DNA of 57,068 nt, counting the filler, from Sphacelaria rigidula (lineage: Eukaryota): the NCBI GenBank assembly GCA_964200075.2. It is 4 parts of 4 records of this genome, joined end to end, with 100 filler letters (N's around TTAATTAATTAA, not from the genome) between each part and the next. Parts side by side here need not be neighbours in the genome. Positions count along the whole stretch, not along the records: positions 28,586 to 42,777 come from CAXNAA020002398.1; positions 42,878 to 57,068 come from CAXNAA020002399.1; 2 more parts are not named here. One strand, 5' to 3'. Both the position numbers and the translations under genes were made by a program. This document shows, one piece after another, positions 35,640-47,998 of this stretch. Position 1 is the stretch's first letter. Every line of letters begins with the position of its first letter. Under the pieces are notes generated by a model. It made no database searches. It was not told the DNA's origin and saw only the letters and a list, made by a program, of their open reading frames with translations.

Positions 35640-38600
35640 TAGTAAGTAGGCGTTTGATGGCCTATATTCAGAATCAATGTCCAGTAGTAACTGCAATAGC
35701 GCAGGCATTATCTGGCGGTAGCAAGCAGGTGCGGCGTATCTTGTGGCAGTTCTGGGATCTCATAGTGACCCAACTAAGGCTCGCCAGTATTTCAGCCCGA
35801 AGTCTCGATTTTGCTGCAGAGGATGCTTGGGAAAACGATAAATGACAACTCACTGGTGTTGGAGTTACGGGCATCAGGATGCAAGGCGCACCATGTCACT
35901 CTCCTCTGGCCGCTGAACTTATACAGAGTTCAGTGTTCCTAAGCTTCGCTTGTCCTCAAGCGGCATTTTCCAACTTTCTTATTCTTGGCACAGCGTGCCT
36001 CCTCCTTTGTTGAAAATCACTAGCGTCAGCGTTTGCAGCTGCCCGCGGGTGTATCTTCGGATACTTTCAACAGGTTCTGTTAGCCTCGATTCAGCGTGGC
36101 GCGCGCTTTTGGGAGTCTTCCGCGGACGGACCCTCGGAGTCGGAGCAGCAGCCAGGATCAGTACAAAGCTTGGGTTAGATATCTCTTCGGGAAATATAGT
36201 GAGAGCCAGAGTCACAACGTCAGCAACGCACACAGTGCACGTGTCCTGCACTATGCGCGGTGCGTCGCGGCCTGAACGAGAGTAGGGCGCAAGATTGATT
36301 CGACGGCACTACACACAGTGCTCGTCTGCTGCACTACACGCAGTGCATATGGAGGACAACACGAACAATATTCAAGGGGTGCCGACACACTGCCCGCGCT
36401 ACGACGGCAAAGACAAGGATGGTACAAGGACAAGTTTCGCGTCATCTTGTCGTTCCAAAGGACGGCCATCGGCGAAATTCTTCAGGACCATCCGGCGCCG
36501 GCGCCGGCGCCGGCGCCTGCCCTGATCGAGGGTGTCACCACATCGCCAAATTGGGTAGTCTGGAGACATGGACACACGCCAATCGTGATCTCTCCAGCAT
36601 CCGCTTCTTCACAATAGCCGGCTTCGCCTATATCGCCGTGCGAGAACGTATGGGTAAGACGCCGGGGAACGGAGTCCGCGAAGGGCAAGCGGCTTGGAAA
36701 GCCCGGGACGACCCTGTACACAAGTCCATGGGCAACACCAAAGAGGCGAGGAGGGCATACCACGAGAAGCTGTACTACGCTAAGATGCAACCCGGCTAGG
36801 ATCCCGAAGAGTTTTTCTACATCTTGGGCGGCTACCGTACCCTTCTCGAGGGAACGGACCAGCCGGTGGTCGATGGGCGGTACAGGTGCATCATCCTTCA
36901 GGCTCGCTCTGCCGAGTACGAGAGGGTCCGTATGCGGTGATCGATGGGCGGTACAGGGGCATCATCATTCAGGATCTCTCTGCCGAGTACGAGAGGGTCC
37001 GTATGGCATGCTACGAGAAGCGAGATTTTGGACAGGAGGGAATTCGATACATGAGTCATACCTTTTGAACCGACAAGTTCTCCCGCCCGTCCATCTCGAA
37101 CTCGGTTGCGGGCCGAGGTATCGCCATGCAGGCGACCGAAAAGGACGGCAGCAACATGCGGTGCTACCACTGCAGAAACATCGACCACCGCATGGCCGAC
37201 TGCACCACCTGTAAAACGGATCAGCCGGGGATCCAGAAGGCAGCGCTTGCAGTTTTTTCGAGTCGTCGGCGCCAGGTCCTTTGTGCATATGTAAGCGTAT
37301 ACCAAGAAGCTCCAACTCAACGCGGTTGAACGACGCCTCGTGGGTTACACATCAAGAGCTACGGCGTCTACAGTTGGCCACCCGGTGCATCATGGAGAGC
37401 ACGAACGTCATCTTCATCGACACGCTGTCGCACGTGCTCCTGCCACCATCGGGGTAGCCCCAGCTGCGAATGCCACGGTCTCCACTGCGGGACGAGCAGG
37501 CTGGTGCCGACAAAGGCCACAACTTCCTCACTGACGACGAATTCCTGCGTGACCTTAGTGGCTGAATTTTTGTGTTGGATCTCCTCCCCGGCGCCTCCGC
37601 CGACCACATCTTCGTGCGCGGGCGTGAAAGAGCCTGGAGGTGGATGACGTTTTGGAGCGGATCAGTCAGATCACCAGGGGGGACGCGCTGCATGGAGGCG
37701 CTTCACAGCTTCCGCTGGGGCTCTGCTCGGGGGAACACCGCTCGAGGGAAATCCGGAAGGGAGCGAACCGCCGGAGTAGTCAGTGTCGCCCAGGGGAGAA
37801 CCGCCGACAAGCGTTTAACAGCGAGGGCATCGCGCTGCCAAGATTCGCCCGCGGTTGCGCGTGCGGGTGTTGCGCTCTCCCTCGTGGAGGGCACCGCCAG
37901 CCGCAGTTTAAACTCTGCTCATCTCGCGACGATCGCCACGGAGAACACGCTAGCCGAGCTCAGGCCGCTGGGTATTTATATCCAAGCGGTCCTACCAGAC
38001 ATCGCGCGCCAGACGCATGCAGAGGCGTCCGTCGTAGAGCACGCTTACACCACCACCAGCGTTCACATCTGTTCGACGGGGGAGAAAACGGAAGCAATTC
38101 CGGACACCTATAAAGAGGCAATGACCCTACCGGCCAAGGAGCATTGGAAAGCGGCCTCAGACATAAAGTGGCCAGCCTGAAAAAAATGCAGCGTCTGCAC
38201 ACTAGCGCCGGCGATCTCTCTCCTCGCCGAAAACAAGGCCATCGGCTCTTGGTGGGTCTACAAGGTCAAGGCCGACGGCTTGTACAAGGGACGCTCGTCG
38301 TGCTAGGGTGGGGACAAGTACCTGTCATCGACTACGGCGGCACGTTCGCGGCAGTCTGTAGGTCTCAGAGCATCCGCATGGTGCTGGCGATAGCGGCGGC
38401 GTACAATCTGGAGTGCTGGAAGCTCGACTACGATGCTGCGTTCCTAAACGCCAATGTTGCGGAGGATGTATACGTAAAGATGACATCCGAATTCGAAGAA
38501 TCCGATAGCAGCGGTTTAATAGGTAATGAGGCTTTGGAAAGGCCTCTACGGTCTTCGCCAGAGCCTGACCAACTGATGGAGCACTATCGACAAAAAACTG

Positions 38601-39955
38601 GTGGAAGTCGGTGTCAAAAGTCTCAAGTCGGACCCTTGCGTCTGATATACTCGGAGGGCGGTGCTATCTTCATTTTGACGCTGAAAGTGAATGGCGTTTC
38701 GCTGCTCGGAAAAGATCTCGGGGTGTTCGAGCGGATCAAATCAAAGCCGGTGACCCGCTTCTCGGTGGCTGACATAGGAGACGTGTAGCTAGTGCTCGGG
38801 ATGGGGGTTACCCGTGACCGCCCGGAGGGAACGGTGCACACAACCCAGAAAAAAATACACCAAGACCCTGGTGGAGCGGTGCGGTATGGGATGCTATAAC
38901 CCTGAGTACACGCCTGGTGTAGGGAAAAGGTTTCGCTGGATCAGCCAGAGGAGACGCTGCTGAGCATAGAAGGTGATTGAAGGTTCCGGGCCATCATGGG
39001 CTCCGTGATGTACCTTGGACAGATGGTTCGTTATGATATCCTGTACGCCGTCAACCAGCTTGCGCGGGCCTTGTCCGAACCATCCAAGGTGCACATGGCG
39101 GAGGCTGAGCACCCACTTCACCATCTGACGGATTTCGCCATCACGTACAAGAAAGGGGGCTCCAAACCAACAGCGTTCTTCGATGCGACCCGGGGCAACA
39201 ACCCGGGCAACTGCGAATCAACATCATTGTACATCGTCATGCTTCCAACCGCTTCGGTAATCTTCAAGGTGGGGCTGCAAGGGCTGACAGCGCAGTCCAC
39301 CATGGATGCGGAGCTCGTGGTCGCAGCACCAGCGATGAAGGAAGCGGGTTTGGAACGATATTTCGCTACATGATTTTTCAATAATAGGGCGAAAGAGTAC
39401 TCAACCTTGGCCCGACATTCCGCCACGATAAAGCGATGATTGCTTCGTCAAGTGAAATATTCTACGATCTCCTCGCACGTCCGCTTTTTTTATTTTATTT
39501 GCATTGAGGTTGAGCGCTAGGAAGTAGGCCTTCGATAGCCTATATACAGGGTCAGTACTCAGTAGGGAACCCCAACAGCGCAGTCAACCTTTGGCGGTAG
39601 CAGAGGGGTGCGGCGTATCTTATGACGGTTCGGTAGTATCATAGCGGCCCAGCTAAGGTTCGCCAGTATTTCAGGATTGCCTGAATTCTCGATTTTGTTG
39701 CAGACGATACTCGGGAGAACGATAGATATACCTCACTGGTATTAGGGTCACAAGCACCAGGGGTGCAAGGCGCACATTGCCACTCTTCTCTGGCTCTTGA
39801 GCTTTCACGAAGTTCATTGTTCCTAAGCTTTGCTTGTCCTTCGGCGGCGTCCTTCCAACGATCTTATCCTTGGCACAGCGTGCCTGCTCGGTTGCTTGAA
39901 GGTACCAGCGTCAGCCTTTACAGTTGCCTCCAATTGTTTCTCCCGAACCGCGTCG
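35640..39955 (+). mobile_element. Degenerate Ty1/Copia LTR retrotransposon with diverged LTRs (~35640-36072 and ~39515-39955)
   Basis: Direct repeats (66/82 identities in one hand-aligned block). The 5' LTR ends TTCAACA followed by a PBS-like GGTT... Gag zinc knuckle RCYHCRNIDHRMADC (37160). RT LVVLGWGQVP..DYGGTFA..LDYDAAFLNA (38290-38480). RNase H GSVMYL..R.DI.YAVNQLAR..AQSTMDAE (38996-39350). Confidence 0.9.
36870..37005. repeat. ~70-bp tandem duplication within Copia gag
   Basis: TCGATGGGCGGTACAGG..CATCATC..TCAGG..TCTGCCGAGTACGAGAGGGTCCGTATG occurs twice. Confidence 0.85.
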
Positions 39956-42777
39956 ACTGTCGTCGAACAAGCTCACATCCTCACGCCTTCTCCGGAGAAA
40001 ACAACCAAACTGAGCGCCACTAGAGGAAGTTGAACCCGCATTCTTTCCGGCCTAATTGTGTCAGTCATATCATTAGACCACTGGGGTACGGGAGCATCTG
40101 CTATCTTGAGTATCAACAAGTCCTTCAAAACAACTTTACGCGTCGTCGTTGTCTGCCTCTTTCAGTGCAGAGCTCAATATCATTGCCTACTGTATAATAT
40201 GCCAACGGTTTTCGCCTCTGCCGTCAGACTGAAAGATGATCATTTGAGACTTCTGACCGGTTCAATGATGGTCGCGTGAGCCGGTCACTTTCACCTTCCA
40301 ATTCAACGTGGGTTGTGTGAGAGTTGTGCCTTGTCCAGAGAATGCCACGTGAGGTTCGCTTTCGCCGCTCGGCTCCGATATGGTCTTGGGTGACTCGTTC
40401 GGTCCAACGATGGCCATGTGAGGTGATTTTGATATCTATACAGCCGACAATGCCTACTTCGAGTGATCTTCGCGTTCCCTTACTGACCGGGTCGGCCGTA
40501 TCCGATTTCTGAACGGAAATCGGCGTAACATATGTGTTCGCACATTCTCTCAAGCACTGCAGCAGTAATCTTCGTTTCAGATGGGTGTTCTCGAGTCATG
40601 ATGTTGTTCGAAAGTCTCCGTTCTTGTCATGAGTAGCGACTGCCTGGGAAACGGAAATCCGTGGCGTTCAACTTTCGAAAGTATATTATCGAATCACAAT
40701 CTGAGGCCACACGCATTCACCCATTCTGGCCGACACCAAAAACGTCGGGATCTGTGGATGGACTTCGTAGCCCAGTCCCTTTTAAATGGCATGGCGGCAC
40801 TGCACATCACAAATGCGCGTCTCACTCAACGGCGGCTGTCGGAAACACAATCCTGCTAATCGTTTAAGAGCACACCCACCCACCCGCGTTACCCCCCTCT
40901 CCCAGATACACTATGCTTCTAGTAGCTGAAATTTGCCTGGAAGATGGGCCACGTGATAAACAGTAGCCAACAGGTCGAGAATGAGATAGTCGTAGATGTG
41001 CCGGTTTCTCTCGGACTTGCCCACGCCATTATGAAGTCTGCTGATTGTCGGAAGGCAACAACTTTCCTACGCAGCCGTACTGGAACAGGCTCTTTGGTGG
41101 AGTGGATACAAATGCTTTTTCATAGAGTTCAAAGCACAGCATGTCATGCTGTGTTGGCACGCTTAGCACGTGTAGGGCGAACGATTTTGCTCGTGCACGA
41201 CCTTTTCCCTCGCGATCGTCATATTTCACACGTGACTGGACCGTGTTATGCAAACTTGTGTCCTAAACATATAAATTAAAGAACTAAGACCATTCGGTTT
41301 CCGTCTGAAACTACAATAAGAGCTGCCAGGAAACCTCTAACCGGCTTTACAGTGGATTTTTTAACATACCTGGTTTTCGTTGCTCAGACCACCAACACTT
41401 CTTGCTGGAAACATGATCTTGCATTGCGGGGCCTTTCAGCGGTTTTACTGTGAAGACGGCCAGGCGGGTAATACCACTTCAGAATGACTTGCCCTGCTAT
41501 CTGTGGGTTCCAGCACACATACGGCGGTGTTTAGTGCGTGCAGTTCGACTCTGGGCCGGAAGACAAGACGTACGAAACGGTATACAAGTCCTCCCGATTC
41601 ACCAAAGCGCGTGAACTCTCATCTTCACTTGTGGGAATCAGAATGGTTTGATTTATGGTTGATTGATTGTCGCACTTTAACTGACCTCCCAGGGGTTCAG
41701 TCGTGGTCGCATAATAGACATACCCGAAAAAGCAAAACTAAAACACTAGCTGACGAAAGGAAGGAACAGAGAAAAAAAGTCGAACAGAACTACATCGCAG
41801 AGTAAGGCGTAATAAAATCAAAAGAGAAATAATACAAAATTCAACACAAGCAAAGCACAAAAAGAAATGGCCGATCTAAAACATAAAAACAGAAGAAAAA
41901 GAGGAAAGAAAAGAGCAAATAAGATGAGATAAAATAAAATGATGAAAAAAAATAGTTTGTACGGTCAAAAACCTCGAAGTGAAACTGCGGGCACCAACAG
42001 TCGCCGAAGTGTGCCGGAATCCCCTCGGACAGCGGAGCAAGTCATTCGTAGGAGGCCTTATCCGCCTTGTCGTCTTTTCACGCGAAAATCGCTAGATGAG
42101 ACCGAAACATGCACTTTTGATCGTGTTTTTTTATTTGTCGTGTGAGTTCTCGTCTCGCCAGCTGCTTGAATTGTCCTCATTTGTCTTGCGTAAATACTCC
42201 GCCGGCTGCCCCCTGATGTTCCGACTGATATATCTTGCTTGAAACCGCTCAGAGCTGTGTTGAGGGTTCGAATCCCACGAAATACGTTTTTTTTTTGAGG
42301 AGTGTCTGACTTCCGTCGTCAGAAATATGATGTCATGAGCAGCAACGAAAATCTGACCAAAGTTGAAAGTGATGCGGCTGTGCTGATCCAATCCACGCTA
42401 GCAAAATGCCAGGCAAGTACCGGTAGAATAATGGGTTGGTCCCCTGAGGCTATCGACTCGTCCCGACGAAGGGCAGGGGTTGATGCTACAGTATGAAACG
42501 AATATGAAACGAATGTATACACTGCTATATATGTGTATATATATGTGTGTATATACGGATACAGGGTCAGGGTGCCATGTCAGAAAAACGCCAAAGAACG
42601 GGCGGGATGATGGAGGATCAATCTAATAAAAAATTGAAATTGCTGCAGTATTGTACATATCAAGAGTAATACCGAAATGAATATGACTCGAGTGATGGTG
42701 CTAATGCGCCACAGGTGCATTCAACAGCCCGGATTCATTTTTGAGGTTCAACATTTAGTCGAGGTTCAACGGACCAT

Positions 42778-42877
42778 NNNNNNNNNNNNNNNNNNNNNNN
42801 NNNNNNNNNNNNNNNNNNNNNTTAATTAATTAANNNNNNNNNNNNNNNNNNNNNNNNNNNNNNNNNNNNNNNNNNNN
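42778..42877. other. Artificial contig spacer
   Basis: N44-TTAATTAATTAA-N44. Confidence 0.99.
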
Positions 42878-43225
42878 TCACTTTCACTCCGAGGAGGGCG
42901 ACTCCCCTTGCCAGCGCTCTATCGACTGCCATCAGGACCTCTAGTGTTGTCACAGCCCAGATCGTTCTCATTTTGAGGCTCCCACAAATTGGAGGTACAC
43001 AAAATATGGGTCAGGAAATTCCCGTTTCAAAATCCATTCGAGACATCCGTGGCCCAATGGAGTGCTCATCGTGATGTGCTCTCATTTTTTGCATGCTTCT
43101 TTTCGTGGGTGATAAGGAAGGCTCATGAAAATTCAAATAACAGAAACATTTTGTGCACCCCTACCGTGTCATTAATCAGAGATATGTACGACAGTACTGC
43201 CAGGGAACAACACAAGACCACTGAG

Positions 43226-43663
43226 CACGGGAGTTTACAAATTGGGGATGTATGTTTTATTGAGGATGAGAAGCCGGAGAATTAAATTCTTCGTATCCAC
43301 ACCAAATCTTCGAAATATAGTTCCACTCCTTCACCTACTGGTAGGTATTGACAACAACTACTACACGCCATACAAATCTGGATCCTGAAACCGACATGTT
43401 GGGGTCCTGGGTAAAGAAACAATTTTGGGGAATTTACATGATGATCAGATCGCCGAAATTCCCCAGAATTGGTTCTTCACCTTGGACCCCAACATTTCGG
43501 TTATCGAAATCCAAATTTCCATGGGGTGTAGTAGTTGTCAATAGCCACCAAAAAGTCAAGAAATGGAATCATACTTCGAAGATTCGGTGTGGATACGAAG
43601 ATTTCAATTCTCCGGCTCTCTCATCCTCAATGAAAAACCATACCCAATATGTAAAATTCCGTG
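43226..43663. mobile_element. Palindromic MITE, CACGG...CCGTG family (copy 2)
   Basis: Homologous to 6156-6575 and self-complementary. Confidence 0.85.
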
Positions 43664-46052
43664 TTACAAACCAACGAATAAGTCAACAAACGATGAGAGG
43701 AGACAGGGGTATATCGATTCCCGTGTTCGCCCAGCTTTCCTCACTCTTCCTTCGTCGGGTATAAGCTGGGACACTCTCTCGACCATTTCCATTCTGGAAT
43801 CCTCGCGAGCTGTGCTGTTGTTGCGTCAGCGGTGGTGACTCTCCTCCGATGGGCCATCTCTCGCTTGTGAAGAATGTCCGATTGAACATTGTCTTCGCGT
43901 CGCGAGCAATACCACGGTAGGGTTGCACACTTTTTTTCTGGGGCTCTTTGCTGTAGGGATCTCTCGACGACAATATCTGGGCCTTCGTGTGCAGCCTCAG
44001 CAAAGCTTTGGACTGAAGAGTACACCCCTACCGCAGAATCACTCTCGTCATGTGTTCTCGAACTGTCCCGTCCCTTTCTCGACTCCAAGACGCCATATGC
44101 TCATCATGTTTTTCGCCGAAGTGACTCAACGTATGTGCATCTTTAACCTCCACATCGTATATAAATCATTTCCGTCGTGCTCCTGGGAGAGCCACTCGTG
44201 CACGTAGATTCCCCTGGAGGCGATTCCCAAGTGTTTTGGGGGGTGGTCAGCCTCCTTGGGCCCCATTCCGGTCAACGTCCGAACATGATGTCCTTTGGAC
44301 GACGTGCTTTGTCTCGCCGAACAAGCAACACCCCCCGAGAACCAGAGTTTTCATTCGGGGGATTAGGGCTGGATATTTTTTCAGAGGTTCAGTCGAATGG
44401 ATCAACCTCAAAAGAAGACATGGTATTGATGGCCTTCAAACGGGTGATGTGCATATCTTCTGAGCATTTCAGGTCCTATTTCTTAAACCCCGAGTGAAGA
44501 ATCACCAAAGGCATTCCGCACCCTCTAAACTTGGGGTCAGCCTGTACCGGTGGTGACGGTTGACAAATGTTCATACTTCAAACGACTAGGACTCCGAGTT
44601 GTGCGAGTCCTGGTCGTTGAAGTATTCCCCGCCATTTTTGAACTGAGTTGTCTGAGCCGATGCTGTGCTACCCGCATTTTTCGACTTGGGTTGTGTGAGG
44701 TACTCCGAGTCGTCCCTCACTCTCCTGATTGAATCATGCGAGTCGACATTGAGTCGTTTACGATCGTCTTTTCCCCTTGTGAAGTACAAATCATTAGAGC
44801 ATGCAGTATGCATTTCGAGTCGGTGGGAGTGATCTGACTGTTGTTTCAGTATCTATGCAAATGTTCATCTGATATACAACACCCGACGATGGTAAATAAT
44901 GTTGAATCTTCACTATTCAATTTGTTGTATAGTTTCAGTTTTGCCGTCGTTCCTTTCGTCACTGGACCGCGCAAATCTACAGGCGTGCTGCGTCTGGCGA
45001 GCAGAAATCACGTGAGGGCAGAATATAGACAGATGCTACACATAAAAATATTCGTGATGTAATTGTTGTGCTTGTTTCGCCGTGGTTTCTCATTTTTGTG
45101 ATGCTGATTTTTTTTGTCGTTCCCGCTGATGATACTGCTCTTCCTCTGTTTGCAGGACTTGGTACCGTGGAAAATATAACACGAAATCGTATGGGACGGG
45201 ACACGGCAGGTTTTCACGTCCCGTCCAGTCGTGTTTCTTGCGACGGAAACGTATTCCTGTGCCGTCCCTTCGTGTTTCTGGCGACAGAAAAGCGGTCCCG
45301 TTCCGTTCTCATGGGAATATTCTCGATATTTTCACGGGAATTGCCGTCAGATCGGAAAGAATTTCTCGTTTTGTTGGACGGGATCACCGTCAATGTGACT
45401 GAAACTTGAGTAGGGCCATGTCTCTACATGTACGAGATGTAGCAACTGATCAATTCCGTTCCAAAAGCCGGCCCCTTCAACGGCCCGTTCTCAACGTACA
45501 TTTCGCATGAAAAGGTGAACAATCTCTCATTGTCGTAGTCAGGGCTTGTGGCGGGATTTCGGAACGCGTCGGGAGGGGAACTCCCGGCCCTCTGAAATCC
45601 GGAATCCACGCGGCGGTATCGTACGGGATGGCACCGTTTTCCCGCCGCAATTATGAGTCTATGTAATTGTTGTTGTCGGATGTTGTACTCAGCACGGGTG
45701 TCTGTTTCTTCGTGAACGTACCCGAGCTTCGCTGAACACAATTACTGTCTAATCGTGCTTCAATCGGGGGCTGTTGCAAACATGTTGACGTGACAGTTTC
45801 CGCGTTGAGGCGCACGAGTCGAGTGTCACGACTACCAAGATCCGTTGGACGTGTGTAAATTTTTATATCGTTTGCCGCGCACTTGGATTGTTTCAAAGTA
45901 ACTCTAAGTGCTTCGTGTTCAGTTTCTCGTTCTTGGGACACAACAGCACCAAGGACAGCGTGAAACCTCGTCATCATCCATTACCACAGAGTCGTTCAAC
46001 GATGGAGGGTAGGAGGGGATTTTGCAACACCTTCCCCCCCTCACCTGGTCTA

Positions 46053-46114
46053 CCGTTCCGAAAGGGATGCGCGTCAATGATCGAATGACGAAGGCAAGCA
46101 ACAAAATGAGCACG
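46053..46114 (+). mobile_element. Very short LINE family B 3' fragment
   Basis: CCGTTCCGAAAGGGATGCG..ATGACGAAGGCAAGCAACAAAATGAGCACG matches the end of 46646-47998. Flanked by C-tract..CCTGGTCTA on both sides. Confidence 0.75.
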
Positions 46115-46136
46115 CCCCCCTCCCCCGCCTGGTCTA

Positions 46137-46629
46137 TATCCTCAAGGGTTGACGTGGGTTGGCAACGACGCTGTGAAACACCCCATTTACTGCGTAGGCT
46201 AGGCAACCAGGTTACCGTTTGATTTGCGCTCGCGTGTTTTCTGTGGTAACAATGATGCTGACCGAGCTAGACCATATTGTGCGGGGTGAAGAACCTGAAC
46301 CACGCGCAGAGGGGATGGCCGCACATCGTGGTATGGTGAAACACCCATGGGGTAGTGTAACGCGGGACTGTCTCTGGAAGTGACGAGAGAAAAGGAAGCA
46401 ACTCATTGGAGGTTTTCATCCATATGCAAGAGGATCAGTACGCTTCGGACCGAACCATCTTAGCAGGATGCAGCTCACCCATCATGCGACTCGCCGACCA
46501 CATCATGGTGGTTCGCCCTTGGTGATCGCGAGCCTGGTCCGGCGAAAACCCGGCGTGCTCCGTCCCAGCTTTGTAGGGATGCGAGACCACTGGTTATATG
46601 ACTGTGCCTTGCAAGATTATGAGCACATA
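46137..46629 (+). mobile_element. Retroelement family A (copy 3)
   Basis: ~490-bp copy homologous to copies 1 and 5. C-tract at both flanks. Confidence 0.85.
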
Positions 46630-46645
46630 CCCCCCGTCCAGTGTA

Positions 46646-47998
46646 GATGTGCGTGGATGACTTCGTGGGGACATGAGAAACACCAGAAGAACTGCAGAAA
46701 CAATTAGAGAACACTAGAATACACGAGGAAATGGAGAGTGACAGCCAACGTCCACAAATGCGCAGTACTTGTATGTAACGAAGATGAGGAGAACCTGGTG
46801 GATTTTAGGTGGAGTGAGGAGGAGAGAAGATATTGACCGTAGACCAGTGTACATACCATGGGGTACAGATGTAAAAACAAATGTTCTGGGAATGCACACA
46901 GAAATATAGTGATAGAAAAGGGTAAGGCACAGATAGGCAAGATGGACGTGATCCTCAGACATTCGCACCTAGATACTAGGATTAAGAGATGTATCCTGAT
47001 GAACGTGATTGTACCAACGTCGGAATATGCCGGAGACGTTTGGGAGGGGAACGAGAAATCGGCGAAGAAGCTAGAAACAGTACAGATGACAGCAGCTAAG
47101 GAAAACTTGGATGCTCGCAAACGACGAGTAATGCAGCATCAAGAGCAGAGTTGAGATTGTACTCACTTCAAACTGATGTAGACATGAGAAAATTGGAACG
47201 TCAATATAGAGTAAGGAGCATGCCGACAAAGAGATCGACAGCCATTGTTGATAGGGCTGTATGGAAGAAAATAACGAAAGAGCAGGCCGGAATAAGGTGG
47301 GATAGCGTAGTCGAGAAAGTATGGAATGAGATAGGAGGGAACCAAGACGAGACAAAGTCGATAGGCGAGTATGGCGGGTACAAGATAAGAGTAAGAGGCA
47401 TGATGGGCATAGGGAAAAAAAAACGCAAAGACGAAAGTAGACGAAGAAGAGCACCGGAAGATATACGGCGGGTTGAGATAGGGGATAGAGATGAACACAT
47501 GTCTGCATGGCCCAATGGACTCCGTGAAAATATTGAAACTGCGATTTCGAGTGGGGGACCTGGGACTGCCGGAAGGAACGAAGAGGTACAGCAGTAGTCG
47601 AGTGGAGGAGGAAGTAGATGCACAGAATTTCCCAGATGGCAACGCAATAGAGTAGAATTCACTTAGTGGCAGAATGTAAACTATGCAAGGAGGAACGAAC
47701 GGGTCGTGTTAGAGGGGGGTACGTGGGGAGTAGGCGAAGGTGGCATGGAATTGTTTACAGTAGTGCACTAGGCACTAGGGAGAAAACGATAGGTATACTA
47801 GGATATAGATGGTGACCACAGACGGCGAATCAGGAAATAGATTAAGAAGTGTACAAGGTTTGTGTAATGTATGGAATAAACGTAACGACCGCCAAAATGT
47901 TGGAGGTGTCTCTAGTGGGAGAAGAAACGGTGCCCCGTTTCGAAAGGAATGCGCTGGCAACGGATAAATGACTAAGGCAAGCAACAAATGAGTGACTG
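46646..47998 (+). mobile_element. 5'-truncated LINE (family B): RT C-terminal/thumb region plus 3' end
   Basis: Decayed ORF: KCAVLVCNED..; KGKAQIGKMDVILRHSHLDTRIKRCILMNVIVPTSEYAGDVWEG..KKLETVQ (the typical LINE P.L.YG.E.W motif). Ends ACAAATGAGTGACTGT followed by a C-tract. Confidence 0.85.

Noticed and set aside
42200-42300. tRNA-Ser-like gene (GGTTCGAATCCC)
   Set aside because: Only the T-arm is convincing and I could not fold a cloverleaf. It is probably a SINE remnant.
14194-42877. Regularly spaced N-TTAATTAATTAA-N blocks every ~14.3 kb, and apparent clustering of ZDHHC, myosin, CKK and ICL
   Set aside because: These are artificial linkers between length-sorted contigs. The periodicity and the cross-contig gene neighbourhood are artefacts.
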